In this document: in pieces, positions 48,099 through 57,511 of the stretch
Layout of the letters: every line of letters begins with the position of its first letter
Numbering within the stretch: position 1 is the stretch's first letter
Sequence record: SRR31156797_4649
Length of the DNA: 64,000 nt
Reading direction: 5' to 3' (one strand)
Notes under the pieces: model-generated
Told to the model about the DNA's origin: nothing
The model's input: the letters and a program-made list of their open reading frames with translations, nothing else
Databases searched by the model: none
Translations under genes and position numbers: made by a program

Positions 48099-48640
48099 TT
48101 CTGACCCAATATTATTTTAGCTCTTTCTACCTGTTCTCTAAATTTCTTTAATAGACATGGTTCAGGTTTGAAAATATTATCTATTACCCTTTCCGCCCAT
48201 TCCACATATGATAGTTTTCTGTTTACTGACCATGATATTTCATAAGTCAATAAATCTGAAATATTACATGTTTTATCAGCTATCTTTAATTTCGCTGCCT
48301 CTTCGGAAAGCCCTTGTGCAGAAATCACCTGCAATTCTTTTCTTTTAGAAGATGGTAAATTCATATCATCAGTAACCTCTGCAACAATACTGGCCACTTT
48401 TTCGCCAAATTCAGTCCTCATCTCTTCCAATGTATATTCTGTATCTTCAACCACATCATGTAAAATAGCAGCCTGCAATAACTCCAGCTCACTGAAACCA
48501 CAATTGGCAAGATACTCAGCCACTTTTATTGGATGATTTATATAAGGAATTCTTTGACTGCCTTTTCGCCTTTGTGTTCTGTGAAGCCATGCTGCTTTTG
48601 AAACAGCTTTTAGAAGTAAAGTTGTATTATTTTCTGACAT
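48095..48640 (-). CDS. Mesh1-like HD-domain small alarmone ((p)ppGpp) hydrolase
   Basis: HRTQRRK...PYINHP, AAILHDVVEDT, EVTDD and KIADKTCN. Confidence 0.85.
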   Translation of the reverse strand: MSENNTTLLLKAVSKAAWLHRTQRRKGSQRIPYINHPIKVAEYLANCGFSELELLQAAILHDVVEDTEYTLEEMRTEFGEKVASIVAEVTDDMNLPSSKRKELQVISAQGLSEEAAKLKIADKTCNISDLLTYEISWSVNRKLSYVEWAERVIDNIFKPEPCLLKKFREQVERAKIILGQN

Positions 48641-49101
48641 TATGGTGCAAGCTCTATAGTTCCTAATTTATTCCATTCATAAATCATCTCCTTACCAAAA
48701 TCAAGTGTGACCTCAGGTGCAACTACTTTTATACTTTCAATGCCTGATTTATTTTCACTCTCAATCGAAATAGCGAGGGTCATGGCAGTTTCACCCGGTT
48801 TAATCCTCCTGGTTTTAAATTGCTGTGCTTCATATTCTACCGACTCACCATTTTTCAATACATATGTTTGTGCAGCTAGGTCAGCTCCAAAAAGAGGTTT
48901 TGCAGCCTTATTTTCTAGCTTCCATCTCACTTTACCATCATATCCATTAATGTTATATCCATAATATAAAACCATAAAGATTTTTCCACCCTTCGTAAGA
49001 GAAGCATACGGTTGCCATTTCCAATCCCGCTCATGGTATTGGGCATTTAAATTCACACTAAAAAATCCGAATAGAATAAATAAGAGTATAATTCTTTTCA
49101 T
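48640..49101 (-). CDS. Hypothetical exported protein
   Basis: Signal peptide LNA|QY; its stop overlaps the start of the HD gene. Confidence 0.65.
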   Translation of the reverse strand: MKRIILLFILFGFFSVNLNAQYHERDWKWQPYASLTKGGKIFMVLYYGYNINGYDGKVRWKLENKAAKPLFGADLAAQTYVLKNGESVEYEAQQFKTRRIKPGETAMTLAISIESENKSGIESIKVVAPEVTLDFGKEMIYEWNKLGTIELAP

Positions 49102-49171
49102 AATGATTTCTAATTCAAGTTATATGATATGCAAGGTAACAAAAACAAGCCTGCATTCAAAAGAGAAAATG

Positions 49172-50689
49172 TTAAAATTGGAAATAAATAAATGGTTGAA
49201 TATCGGCAACCTGAATCTGGTAAATAATAAATATAACGAATACAATAATTGGGATTTTTAAGTACCATGGAATAGCTATGTAGCCGCGTATATAAATATC
49301 CTTAATAGTTTGGGGCAGCCAATGAAAAACAAAACCAATTAACATTATGAGGAATATCCATTTGTAACCAGCAATATATTCTCCCATTTGAGATAAATGC
49401 CAATCTGAACCAATCTGGCTTAGCATCTGTCCAACTATCTCGGTACTTTGAGCACGGAAGAAAATCCAGGCAAAATTTACAATATGAAATGTAATGAAAA
49501 CCGATAAAAAATGTCCCCAGAACCCTTTGAGCTTGATATTGAAAAATGATTTCATCATTTTATCAATAGCCAAAGCAATTCCATGTATTGCACCCCAAAT
49601 AATAAATCGAATATTTGCACCGTGCCAAAGGCCACCCAGAACCATAGTAATTAATAAATTGGTATAGGTGCGAACTGTACCTCTTCTATTTCCACCCAGC
49701 GGAATATAAAGGTAATCTCTCAACCACGAAGAAAGAGAGATGTGCCATCGTCGCCAAAAATCCGTAATACTTGTTGCTTTATAAGGTGATCTGAAGTTCT
49801 CAGGTAACCTAAAACCCATTAGCAATGCAACTCCAATAGCAATGTCTGTATAACCTGAAAAATCACAGTAAATTTGTATCGCATAACCGTAAACAGCCAT
49901 TAAATTTTCAAAACCTGAATACAACAGTGGGTTTTCAAAAACACGATCTACAAAATTAACCGACACATAATCACTAATTACGATCTTCTTCACTAATCCG
50001 TTCAATATCAGAAACGTAGCAAACCCAAACTCATATGCGCTCAGTTTAAACTTTCGATATATTTGGGGTACAAATTCTGCCGCTCTTACAATTGGACCAG
50101 CCACCAATTGTGGAAAAAACGATACATAGAATCCAAAATCAAGTATATTCTTTACAGGTTTTACTTTATATCGGTAAATATCAACAGAGTAACTAATAGT
50201 TTGAAATGTATAAAATGATATCCCCACAGGCAAAATAATCGTGTATATATCAAATGAAGTATCGGCAATCTCATTAATACCTAAGGCAAGATAGTTGACA
50301 ACTTGTAGATCTAACCCTAAAACAGTATTCACAACATCTACAAATAAATAGGCATACTTAAAATAAGCCAGCACAAATAAATTGACAAATACACTTAAAC
50401 CAACCAAAAACTTGCGTCGACCGGGCAAATTACTATTATATATACCCCAACCTATGAAATAATCAACAATGGTACTGAATACTAACAAAAAGAAATAAAA
50501 GCCCCCGCATTTGTAATAAAAAAACAGGCTGACCATGAAAAGCCAAACATTGCGAATTTGCAAACGTTTTTGCAAAGCAGAAAAAACACCCAAAACCACC
50601 AAAAAGAAGGCCCAAAAGCTCCAATGTGTAAAGATCATTGGGATTCTTTCATTGTATCTAAATATGGCTTCTAATATTGATTCCATCAA
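49172..50689 (-). CDS. MBOAT O-acyltransferase (AlgI/PatA type)
   Basis: LPVGISFYTFQ, FFPQLVAGPIVRA, DFSGYTDIAIG, FWRRWHISLS, GLWHG and C-terminal PFIYFQF. Confidence 0.93.
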   Translation of the reverse strand: MMESILEAIFRYNERIPMIFTHWSFWAFFLVVLGVFSALQKRLQIRNVWLFMVSLFFYYKCGGFYFFLLVFSTIVDYFIGWGIYNSNLPGRRKFLVGLSVFVNLFVLAYFKYAYLFVDVVNTVLGLDLQVVNYLALGINEIADTSFDIYTIILPVGISFYTFQTISYSVDIYRYKVKPVKNILDFGFYVSFFPQLVAGPIVRAAEFVPQIYRKFKLSAYEFGFATFLILNGLVKKIVISDYVSVNFVDRVFENPLLYSGFENLMAVYGYAIQIYCDFSGYTDIAIGVALLMGFRLPENFRSPYKATSITDFWRRWHISLSSWLRDYLYIPLGGNRRGTVRTYTNLLITMVLGGLWHGANIRFIIWGAIHGIALAIDKMMKSFFNIKLKGFWGHFLSVFITFHIVNFAWIFFRAQSTEIVGQMLSQIGSDWHLSQMGEYIAGYKWIFLIMLIGFVFHWLPQTIKDIYIRGYIAIPWYLKIPIIVFVIFIIYQIQVADIQPFIYFQF

Positions 50690-51942
50690 TTCTCTTCTTT
50701 GATGTTTTCTTTAGTATTTCTAAAATAAGCTTTATTCAAATATTTCTTTTCAAAAACTTTCAAGATAGCATTAAAAAATAAATCAGCTTGCAAATGATAT
50801 CCTTTTGTTGATAAATGTATTCTATCTTTTGCACTTAGTCCATTCATATCCCATCCCATCATTGAGCGGAAGCCACCCATTATTTCATAAAAGTCCCATG
50901 TTGCTGCATTAAATCTTTTAGCTAATTGTTTGATTATTTTTCCTGCTTCATTGAGTTTACTATTTGGCAAATAACCATAGATAAAATGGTCTCCTGGAGT
51001 AGTAAGAATCAAAGGTTTTGTTGGAAAAACACGTCTTATCTTTTCTAATAGTTGACCGTAGTGCAACGTAAAGTTTTCCATCCTTACATTTAGATCATAC
51101 ATATCATTGGTTCCCAATGAAAGGATAATTAAATCCGGGTTTGTATAAGCCAAAAATCGCTCAAAATGCTCGCATTTATTAAAATCAACTGTAGTTGCAC
51201 CATTCAATCCCAATGCATGATATGTAATACCTGGTAAATGATTATGCAATCCAATACCATATAATTCAAACTTTGAATCATCAGAGGCACCCGTAATTTT
51301 AATGTCAATTTTCTTTTGAATATCCTTTAACTGAATTATAACCCTTCCATAACCATTCAAAAGATCAACCTTTGCATCAACAGGTTCCTCAATGGCAATA
51401 GTATTTTTGCTGGCATACCATAACTCAAGCTGATCAAACCCTGAATAAAGCATCTTATCCATCTGATTAATTGTCAGACTAATGACGGAATCACTACTCA
51501 CTATTTTAGCTGGAATTATACCTGTTGAGAAGTCATCTTGTTTAACACTATTTATTACTTCCCAGTTGCTTTTGGAATTCACTAAGTAATTACCCGGATT
51601 ATTTGTTTCAGCTAAGTTATATGGAAAAATTAATCCGCGTGCTCCTTCAGAGCCGGGAAAGAATTGCTGCATTCTGGTTCTGATTCTTCCGGTCAAAAAA
51701 TCAGCCTGTACATGGGAATCACCCAGGTGCAATATTTCGAGTTTTCTATCGCCATTTTTTATTAGTGCAGCCCAACTAGCATAGAATTGATCCAGCCCAA
51801 TAGCGCCTTCAGTATTTTCAAGAATGTTTTTTTCTGTTTGGATAAAATCATAATCAACTGCTACATATGGAAAATCCTGGCACTGAAGGTATACAGAACT
51901 CATAAACATGGGTATAAAAATCAGGATTATCCTCAACTTCAT
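50686..51942 (-). CDS. Periplasmic SGNH/GDSL protein; O-acetyltransferase or O-acetylesterase
   Basis: LGDSH (block I), GLNGA, LGTND (block III) and DRIH (DxxH). Confidence 0.82.
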   Translation of the reverse strand: MKLRIILIFIPMFMSSVYLQCQDFPYVAVDYDFIQTEKNILENTEGAIGLDQFYASWAALIKNGDRKLEILHLGDSHVQADFLTGRIRTRMQQFFPGSEGARGLIFPYNLAETNNPGNYLVNSKSNWEVINSVKQDDFSTGIIPAKIVSSDSVISLTINQMDKMLYSGFDQLELWYASKNTIAIEEPVDAKVDLLNGYGRVIIQLKDIQKKIDIKITGASDDSKFELYGIGLHNHLPGITYHALGLNGATTVDFNKCEHFERFLAYTNPDLIILSLGTNDMYDLNVRMENFTLHYGQLLEKIRRVFPTKPLILTTPGDHFIYGYLPNSKLNEAGKIIKQLAKRFNAATWDFYEIMGGFRSMMGWDMNGLSAKDRIHLSTKGYHLQADLFFNAILKVFEKKYLNKAYFRNTKENIKEEN

Positions 51943-53447
51943 AACTTCTGTGCTTGTTGTTCTGAAGGCTCATTTTGCCCCGATTCATAACTATTTAAAT
52001 CAAACATGATGGCATTATACAGCATCTGAGCAATAATTTTTGCTCCTCTGAAATTGAAATGCGTAAAATCTTTCTGAGCAAGTGAAGGCTTCGCAAATAC
52101 CCAAGATGGCATTGAATTCTTACCTCCCATGGCTTCATACATATCCCAAAAGGCGCAATTACTTTTAAATGCTGCATTTCTTTGAGCATTTCTAATTTTC
52201 TCAATATTTGGATATGAGGCATAATATCCATTTTCTTTCATGGCCATATCACTCACACCTACAACCAAAATAGGAATTTCTCCAGCTGCATTTTTCAGAT
52301 GCGTTAATTGTCTGATCAACTGCCTTTCATAAAACCCATAATCATTTTTAATTAATGGAACGATATTGACTCCAAACTGGAACACAATCATTTTCACGTT
52401 CAATTGGCGGAAAAAACGAGAAAGTACTGATGAACGAATCTTATAAAACTCTGCTCCACGACTTCCTCTCCATGCAATATTATCAACTGCAATACCAGTT
52501 GGTTGATCCAATGATAATGCATAAAAGCAAGGTAAACTATCACCTTCAACTTCAAATGTCAGATTCTCGGGTGTATGACCTAATTGTAATCCGAAATAAT
52601 TTAATGGTCCCGATCCATCAACAACGTCCTTAACAAGTAAAGTATCATGTTCATAAATTGACAGATTAAACTTCCCACTTCCTTGCCCAAAAAACAATCT
52701 GGCCCATTTGAAATGCCTCACGGAGAGATAGCTAAATTTTGAAATCTTATAATTGATTTTTCCCTTTTTAATTGAATCTTCTGTCTCCAGACGCGCGCAA
52801 GAACCTAAAATACCATAGTTTTTATAAGGGAAAATGGAATCAGACCGCATCATTACTGTATGTTTTGCCCATGGCCCTTCAGTTGATATTTGCATACTGG
52901 AGTTTTCACTTACAGGTTTAAAGCATGGTAATAAACCAGGGCCACTACCAGAGTATTTTTGTTGAAATCTGTTTCTGAGAAAACGAGTTATTCTATCACC
53001 TTCAATTTGTGAATCACCATAATGAAGTATTCGAATAAGAGATTTCTGAGTATTGCCTGAGGATAGCTGGGCAAAAAATGGGGCAAACATATTTTGTTTA
53101 CCGGAAGGATATTCAATTTTTTGAATTCTGGATTTAAGCTTTGAAGCAACCGCTCTGACTGTATCAATTTTGGGCTTCGATTCCTTTACCTGAAAAGTAT
53201 CTTTTTTCTGTTGAGTCAGAACCTGAGATAAACTATCAGTAATTTCTGCAGCTTTCAAAATACTATCTAAATTGGCATAAACAGGTTCTTCAGCATTGAT
53301 TTGCTCAAAACTAAGGAACTTTAACCTGAGATCATCTGAAATTTTTACTCCGTCTTTCGGAAAAACAAGTGATAGCAAGGCCAGCGACAGCAATACAACT
53401 GCAAAGAATAGTGCAATTTGAATTGGTTTAACCGGCTTAATATCCAT
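51939..53447 (-). CDS. Membrane-anchored SGNH/GDSL protein (PatB-like)
   Basis: N-terminal TM helix, YGDSQ, RGSRG, FGVN and DFTH. Confidence 0.8.
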   Translation of the reverse strand: MDIKPVKPIQIALFFAVVLLSLALLSLVFPKDGVKISDDLRLKFLSFEQINAEEPVYANLDSILKAAEITDSLSQVLTQQKKDTFQVKESKPKIDTVRAVASKLKSRIQKIEYPSGKQNMFAPFFAQLSSGNTQKSLIRILHYGDSQIEGDRITRFLRNRFQQKYSGSGPGLLPCFKPVSENSSMQISTEGPWAKHTVMMRSDSIFPYKNYGILGSCARLETEDSIKKGKINYKISKFSYLSVRHFKWARLFFGQGSGKFNLSIYEHDTLLVKDVVDGSGPLNYFGLQLGHTPENLTFEVEGDSLPCFYALSLDQPTGIAVDNIAWRGSRGAEFYKIRSSVLSRFFRQLNVKMIVFQFGVNIVPLIKNDYGFYERQLIRQLTHLKNAAGEIPILVVGVSDMAMKENGYYASYPNIEKIRNAQRNAAFKSNCAFWDMYEAMGGKNSMPSWVFAKPSLAQKDFTHFNFRGAKIIAQMLYNAIMFDLNSYESGQNEPSEQQAQKL

Positions 53448-53450
53448 ATA

Positions 53451-55004
53451 TTAATCTAATCGTTTAACTCTAATCTTTTGACCAGCTTTAAGATACCGCC
53501 CTGTAGTCAATCCATTCATTTGCAAGATATCTCTATCAGAAACTCCATCGTACCTTTTGGCCACTTCCCAAAGTGTTTCACCTTTTTTGAGCGTATAATA
53601 CTCATAATTACCATCTTCAGGGAAGTTTTTAATTTCCTGCTTCACTCTTGGAGCCACAGTTTTGCCTTCTCGTTTTTGCTTCTCTGCGAATGACAGCAAG
53701 TTTATGTTTTTATAATTGGCGGCTACTTTCTTAGGAACATAAACAATAAGTCTTTGACCTACACGAATCATATTACCCCGTATACCATTCCAATATCTTA
53801 AATCACGTGTGCGTACATCGTACCAATCAGCTATAAATCCTAAATTATCACCAGATTTTACAGTATAAACCAATCGCTCAAAATTTCCAGAAGGAGCTTC
53901 ACCATAATACCGCTCTTGACTTGGTTTTTTAGCAATTGCCTCAGGATTAAAGTAAATTGAATCTTTGTAATTTAAAATAGAGTCTTCAAGCTCAATATAA
54001 TCAACTGCTCTTTGATCTGGCAAACGCAATGGATAAACCTTACCTTTAGGAATAATATCTCTTCTATATTGTGGATTTAAATCACGCAATTGTGCCAAAG
54101 GCAATTGCATAACTTCAGCCACTTGTTTTAAATGCAACTCATCTTTTACCATAACGGTATCGGTAATCATTGGCATTTCAATTTCACGAGGTTTGATGTT
54201 CAAATCCTCATAATGATTGAAAATATAAATAACTGATATAAAGCCAGGCACATAACCACGGGTTTCACGAGGTAAATAGTAATAAAGATCCCAGAAGTTA
54301 GTTTTACCTCCACTACGACGGATGGCTTTATTTACATTACCCGGACCACAATTATAGGCAGCTAGAGCCAGCGTCCAGTCACCAAAAATCTCATATAACG
54401 ATGACAAATACTCTGCAGCGGCATTAGTTGAAGCAGTTACATCACGTCTTTCATCCACAAATGAAGTAATTTCCATATCGAGAAAACGACCCGTTGCATA
54501 CATAAACTGCCATAATCCGGTGGCTCCTACCCTTGAGACAGCTCTTGGATTTAGTGCTGATTCAATTACAGGCAAGTATTTCAACTCGAGCGGCATATTT
54601 TTTCTATCGAGTACCTCTTCGAAATGTGGGAAATAATATTTTGATAAACCCAATACAGTCTCAGTTAGCTCACGTTTATCTTTCAAATAAACTTTCATAT
54701 AGGCTTTTACAACCTTATTGTAGGTAAGATCGAAGAATACAGGCATATTTTCCATCTGCAATTTCACAATACTATCAGCAGGTAAGAAACCTTCCAGCTG
54801 AATATCTTTCATGCCTGATGTCATTGAAGTATCCACATCATCGATAGCATTTTTTACGTACCACGAATGCAAAAGGCTATCATAATCTCTTGATAATTTG
54901 GATAGTGCCTCAGCTTCAGCAAGTCTTGTGGTATCTATAGGATTATTAGCTGCAAATCCAAGTGTGGAAACAAATAGAAATAATAATATGTTAGATATTT
55001 TCAT
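53451..55004 (-). CDS. mltD: Lytic murein transglycosylase with two LysM domains
   Basis: VIESAL (catalytic Glu), GLWQFM, AAYNCG and LPRETRGYV; LysM domains YTVKSGDNL and YTLKKGETL. Confidence 0.92.
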   Translation of the reverse strand: MKISNILLFLFVSTLGFAANNPIDTTRLAEAEALSKLSRDYDSLLHSWYVKNAIDDVDTSMTSGMKDIQLEGFLPADSIVKLQMENMPVFFDLTYNKVVKAYMKVYLKDKRELTETVLGLSKYYFPHFEEVLDRKNMPLELKYLPVIESALNPRAVSRVGATGLWQFMYATGRFLDMEITSFVDERRDVTASTNAAAEYLSSLYEIFGDWTLALAAYNCGPGNVNKAIRRSGGKTNFWDLYYYLPRETRGYVPGFISVIYIFNHYEDLNIKPREIEMPMITDTVMVKDELHLKQVAEVMQLPLAQLRDLNPQYRRDIIPKGKVYPLRLPDQRAVDYIELEDSILNYKDSIYFNPEAIAKKPSQERYYGEAPSGNFERLVYTVKSGDNLGFIADWYDVRTRDLRYWNGIRGNMIRVGQRLIVYVPKKVAANYKNINLLSFAEKQKREGKTVAPRVKQEIKNFPEDGNYEYYTLKKGETLWEVAKRYDGVSDRDILQMNGLTTGRYLKAGQKIRVKRLD

Positions 55005-55049
55005 TTTTTCGGGTTTTGGTCTTTAATATTGGCCTGGCCAGTTACAAAA

Positions 55050-55613
55050 CTAAAAATTTAAAGTCAATCTCACGCCCAACGCACCTCCTATTTTTGATGA
55101 ATAGCCATCAAACATTCCACCAACGTAATCCGGTTGGTATCTGAAAGTTAAATCATCACTTATATCATATTCGAACAAATGAGCATCCACGTTAGCATCA
55201 ATTATTTGCAAAAAATACAAGGCGCCCAAACCAATGTAGTTCAAATCACGGTTTCGCCGCCAATTTTCTCTCTCTTTACGTATACTTTCTGAACTTATCT
55301 GCTCATATCTTGGATCAATCTCATTTTCGTCGGGATCCTGCTCATAAGCAAGTTTTTGAGTATATAAACGTGAATATTTTTTATAATAGCCATTATTTAC
55401 TCCAATAAAATAGATGAAAGTTGCACCACCTCCATAAATCAAAGGTATTTTCCAATATTTTTTATTGTATAATTGTCCTGCACCAGGCATAAAAGTAGAT
55501 AATAGCGTAGCTGTTCTTGGAGAATGATCTTTCAATTTTTCTCCTTCAACACGTCTTTGTCCAAATGCTGTGATTGTAAATACCAGCAATAAAAGAGCTA
55601 CCCAATAGCGCAT
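55050..55613 (-). CDS. DUF5683 family protein
   Basis: PGAGQLYNKKYWKIP, RRNRD and IDANVDAHL; occupies the usual position after parB. Confidence 0.85.
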   Translation of the reverse strand: MRYWVALLLLVFTITAFGQRRVEGEKLKDHSPRTATLLSTFMPGAGQLYNKKYWKIPLIYGGGATFIYFIGVNNGYYKKYSRLYTQKLAYEQDPDENEIDPRYEQISSESIRKERENWRRNRDLNYIGLGALYFLQIIDANVDAHLFEYDISDDLTFRYQPDYVGGMFDGYSSKIGGALGVRLTLNF

Positions 55614-55623
55614 CCAAAAAATA

Positions 55624-56520
55624 TTAAGCGTTTTTCACCTGATCAAGCAATGATATAATTCGTTCCAAATCATCATCATTTTTAAAAGGAATCACAATTT
55701 GGCCTTTACCGTTACTACTTCTTTTAAGCTTCACACCAGTTTGGAAGAAAGTATCTAATTGACTTTGCAATTCTATGAATCCCTCGCCTAATTGTTCTTT
55801 TGCAGGTTTATCATTTGGTCCGGCTTCTTTCACATCGATTCCTTCACCAATGCCTTTAGCAAGTTCTTCAACTTTTCTAACTGACAATCCATCTTTAACA
55901 ATCATCTCAAAAAGATAAAGTTGATCATCCTGGTTTTCAATGGAAATAAGCGCTCTGGCATGTCCCATTGAGATAACTTTATGGCGAATACCTTTCTGTA
56001 TTTCAGCAGGTAGTTTAAGTAAACGAAGGTAGTTAGTTATTGTTGATCTTTGCTTTCCAACCCTTGTACTGAGTTCTTTTTGAGTCAAACTACACTCATC
56101 AATCAAGCGATTATAACTAATTGCAATTTCTATGGCATCTAAATCTTCACGTTGAATGTTTTCAACCAATGCCATCTCCAACATACCCTGATCATCGGCA
56201 GTGCGCACATACGCCGGAATAGTCTCCAGCCCGGCTATTTTGGAAGCACGTGTTCTACGTTCACCAGAAATAATTTGGTATTCGTTATCAGCAACCTTGC
56301 GCACAGTAATAGGTTGAATAATACCCAGCTCCTTAATTGAAGCTGCCAAATCATTCAATGCCTCCTCATCAAATTCTGTACGAGGTTGAAAAGGATTTAC
56401 TTTAACCTGGCTTAATGGGATTTCTTTTATAGATTCATTCTGTTTTGGCTCTTCTGCCCTTGGAGACTCTTCAATTAACGCTCCCAATCCTCTTCCTAAA
56501 GCTTTCTTCTTCGCTACCAT
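55624..56520 (-). CDS. parB: Chromosome partitioning protein ParB
   Basis: ALGRGLGAL, NPFQPR, GIIQPI, GERRTRA, ENIQREDL and HTH RSTITNYLRLL. Confidence 0.96.
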   Translation of the reverse strand: MVAKKKALGRGLGALIEESPRAEEPKQNESIKEIPLSQVKVNPFQPRTEFDEEALNDLAASIKELGIIQPITVRKVADNEYQIISGERRTRASKIAGLETIPAYVRTADDQGMLEMALVENIQREDLDAIEIAISYNRLIDECSLTQKELSTRVGKQRSTITNYLRLLKLPAEIQKGIRHKVISMGHARALISIENQDDQLYLFEMIVKDGLSVRKVEELAKGIGEGIDVKEAGPNDKPAKEQLGEGFIELQSQLDTFFQTGVKLKRSSNGKGQIVIPFKNDDDLERIISLLDQVKNA

Positions 56521-56539
56521 CTTTCAAAAAAATATTTTG

Positions 56540-57340
56540 TTAATCTACTTGTTTTTCAGCAATGTCCATATTGGTGGCATTATTACGTTGCAACAACTCT
56601 TTTGCAAGGTTTAAATAACTAGTAGCCCCAATACTGCTCGCATCATATAAAACAATTGGTTTACCATAACTAGGAGCTTCACCAAGTTTCACATTACGTT
56701 GAATGATGGTATCAAAAGCCATAGACTCAAAATGCGTACGCACTTCTTCCACTACCTGGTTTGATAATCGTGTTCTTCCATCATACATTGTCAATAGAAA
56801 ACCTTCAATTTCAAGCTCTTTATTTAAGTTACTCTGAATTATTTTAATTGTATTCAAAAGCTTGCCCAGACCTTCCAATGCAAAGTATTCACATTGTACA
56901 GGAATCAGAACTGAATCAGCAGCAGAAAGCGCATTTACTGTTATTAATCCTAATGAAGGAGAGCAATCTATTAATACCCAATCGTAATCATCTTTAACTT
57001 TTTCAATAACCCCTTTTAAAACTTTTTCGCGATTTGGCATATTCAACATTTCAATCTCAGCACCAACCAAATCAATATTTGAAGGGATAAGATCTACATT
57101 GTCCATTTCTGTATTTAAGATTGTTTTTGATGGATCGTAATCATCTACAATACAATCATAAACACTCGCTTTTACATTGCGCACATCAAAGCCAAATCCT
57201 GAAGTAGCATTGGCTTGTGGATCAGCATCAACAATCAGAACTTTATTTTCAAGTACACCTAAACTGGCTGCAAGGTTAATGGCTGTTGTGGTTTTACCAA
57301 CTCCACCTTTCTGGTTCGCTAGTGCAATTACTTTTGACAT
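56540..57340 (-). CDS. parA: Chromosome partitioning ATPase ParA/Soj
   Basis: NQKGGVGKTT, DPQAN, IDCSPSLG and QCEYFALEG. Confidence 0.96.
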   Translation of the reverse strand: MSKVIALANQKGGVGKTTTAINLAASLGVLENKVLIVDADPQANATSGFGFDVRNVKASVYDCIVDDYDPSKTILNTEMDNVDLIPSNIDLVGAEIEMLNMPNREKVLKGVIEKVKDDYDWVLIDCSPSLGLITVNALSAADSVLIPVQCEYFALEGLGKLLNTIKIIQSNLNKELEIEGFLLTMYDGRTRLSNQVVEEVRTHFESMAFDTIIQRNVKLGEAPSYGKPIVLYDASSIGATSYLNLAKELLQRNNATNMDIAEKQVD

Positions 57341-57511
57341 ATGTATTCTTTTAAATATTAATCACTTACAACGATCTGAGGCTAAATACCCCTGACCAAA
57401 TTGAAGTTGCAATTTAACTAAAAATTTGTATGTTTTCTAAAATGTTCCACGCAAAGATTTAAGATAAATCATAGCGTGTTGACATTCAAGGAGGATGAAA
57501 AAAAGTTTTTA

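Noticed and set aside
54261-54276. parS-like GGTTTCACGAGGTAAA inside mltD
   Set aside because: It has about four mismatches, is not palindromic and is explained by the conserved LPRETR coding motif.
3060-55613. Gln at +1 after many signal peptides (porin, PorE-like protein, fibres, CTD protein, DUF5683 and others)
   Set aside because: Real, but it is the established Bacteroidota Q-rule (pyroglutamate); used only as taxonomic support.
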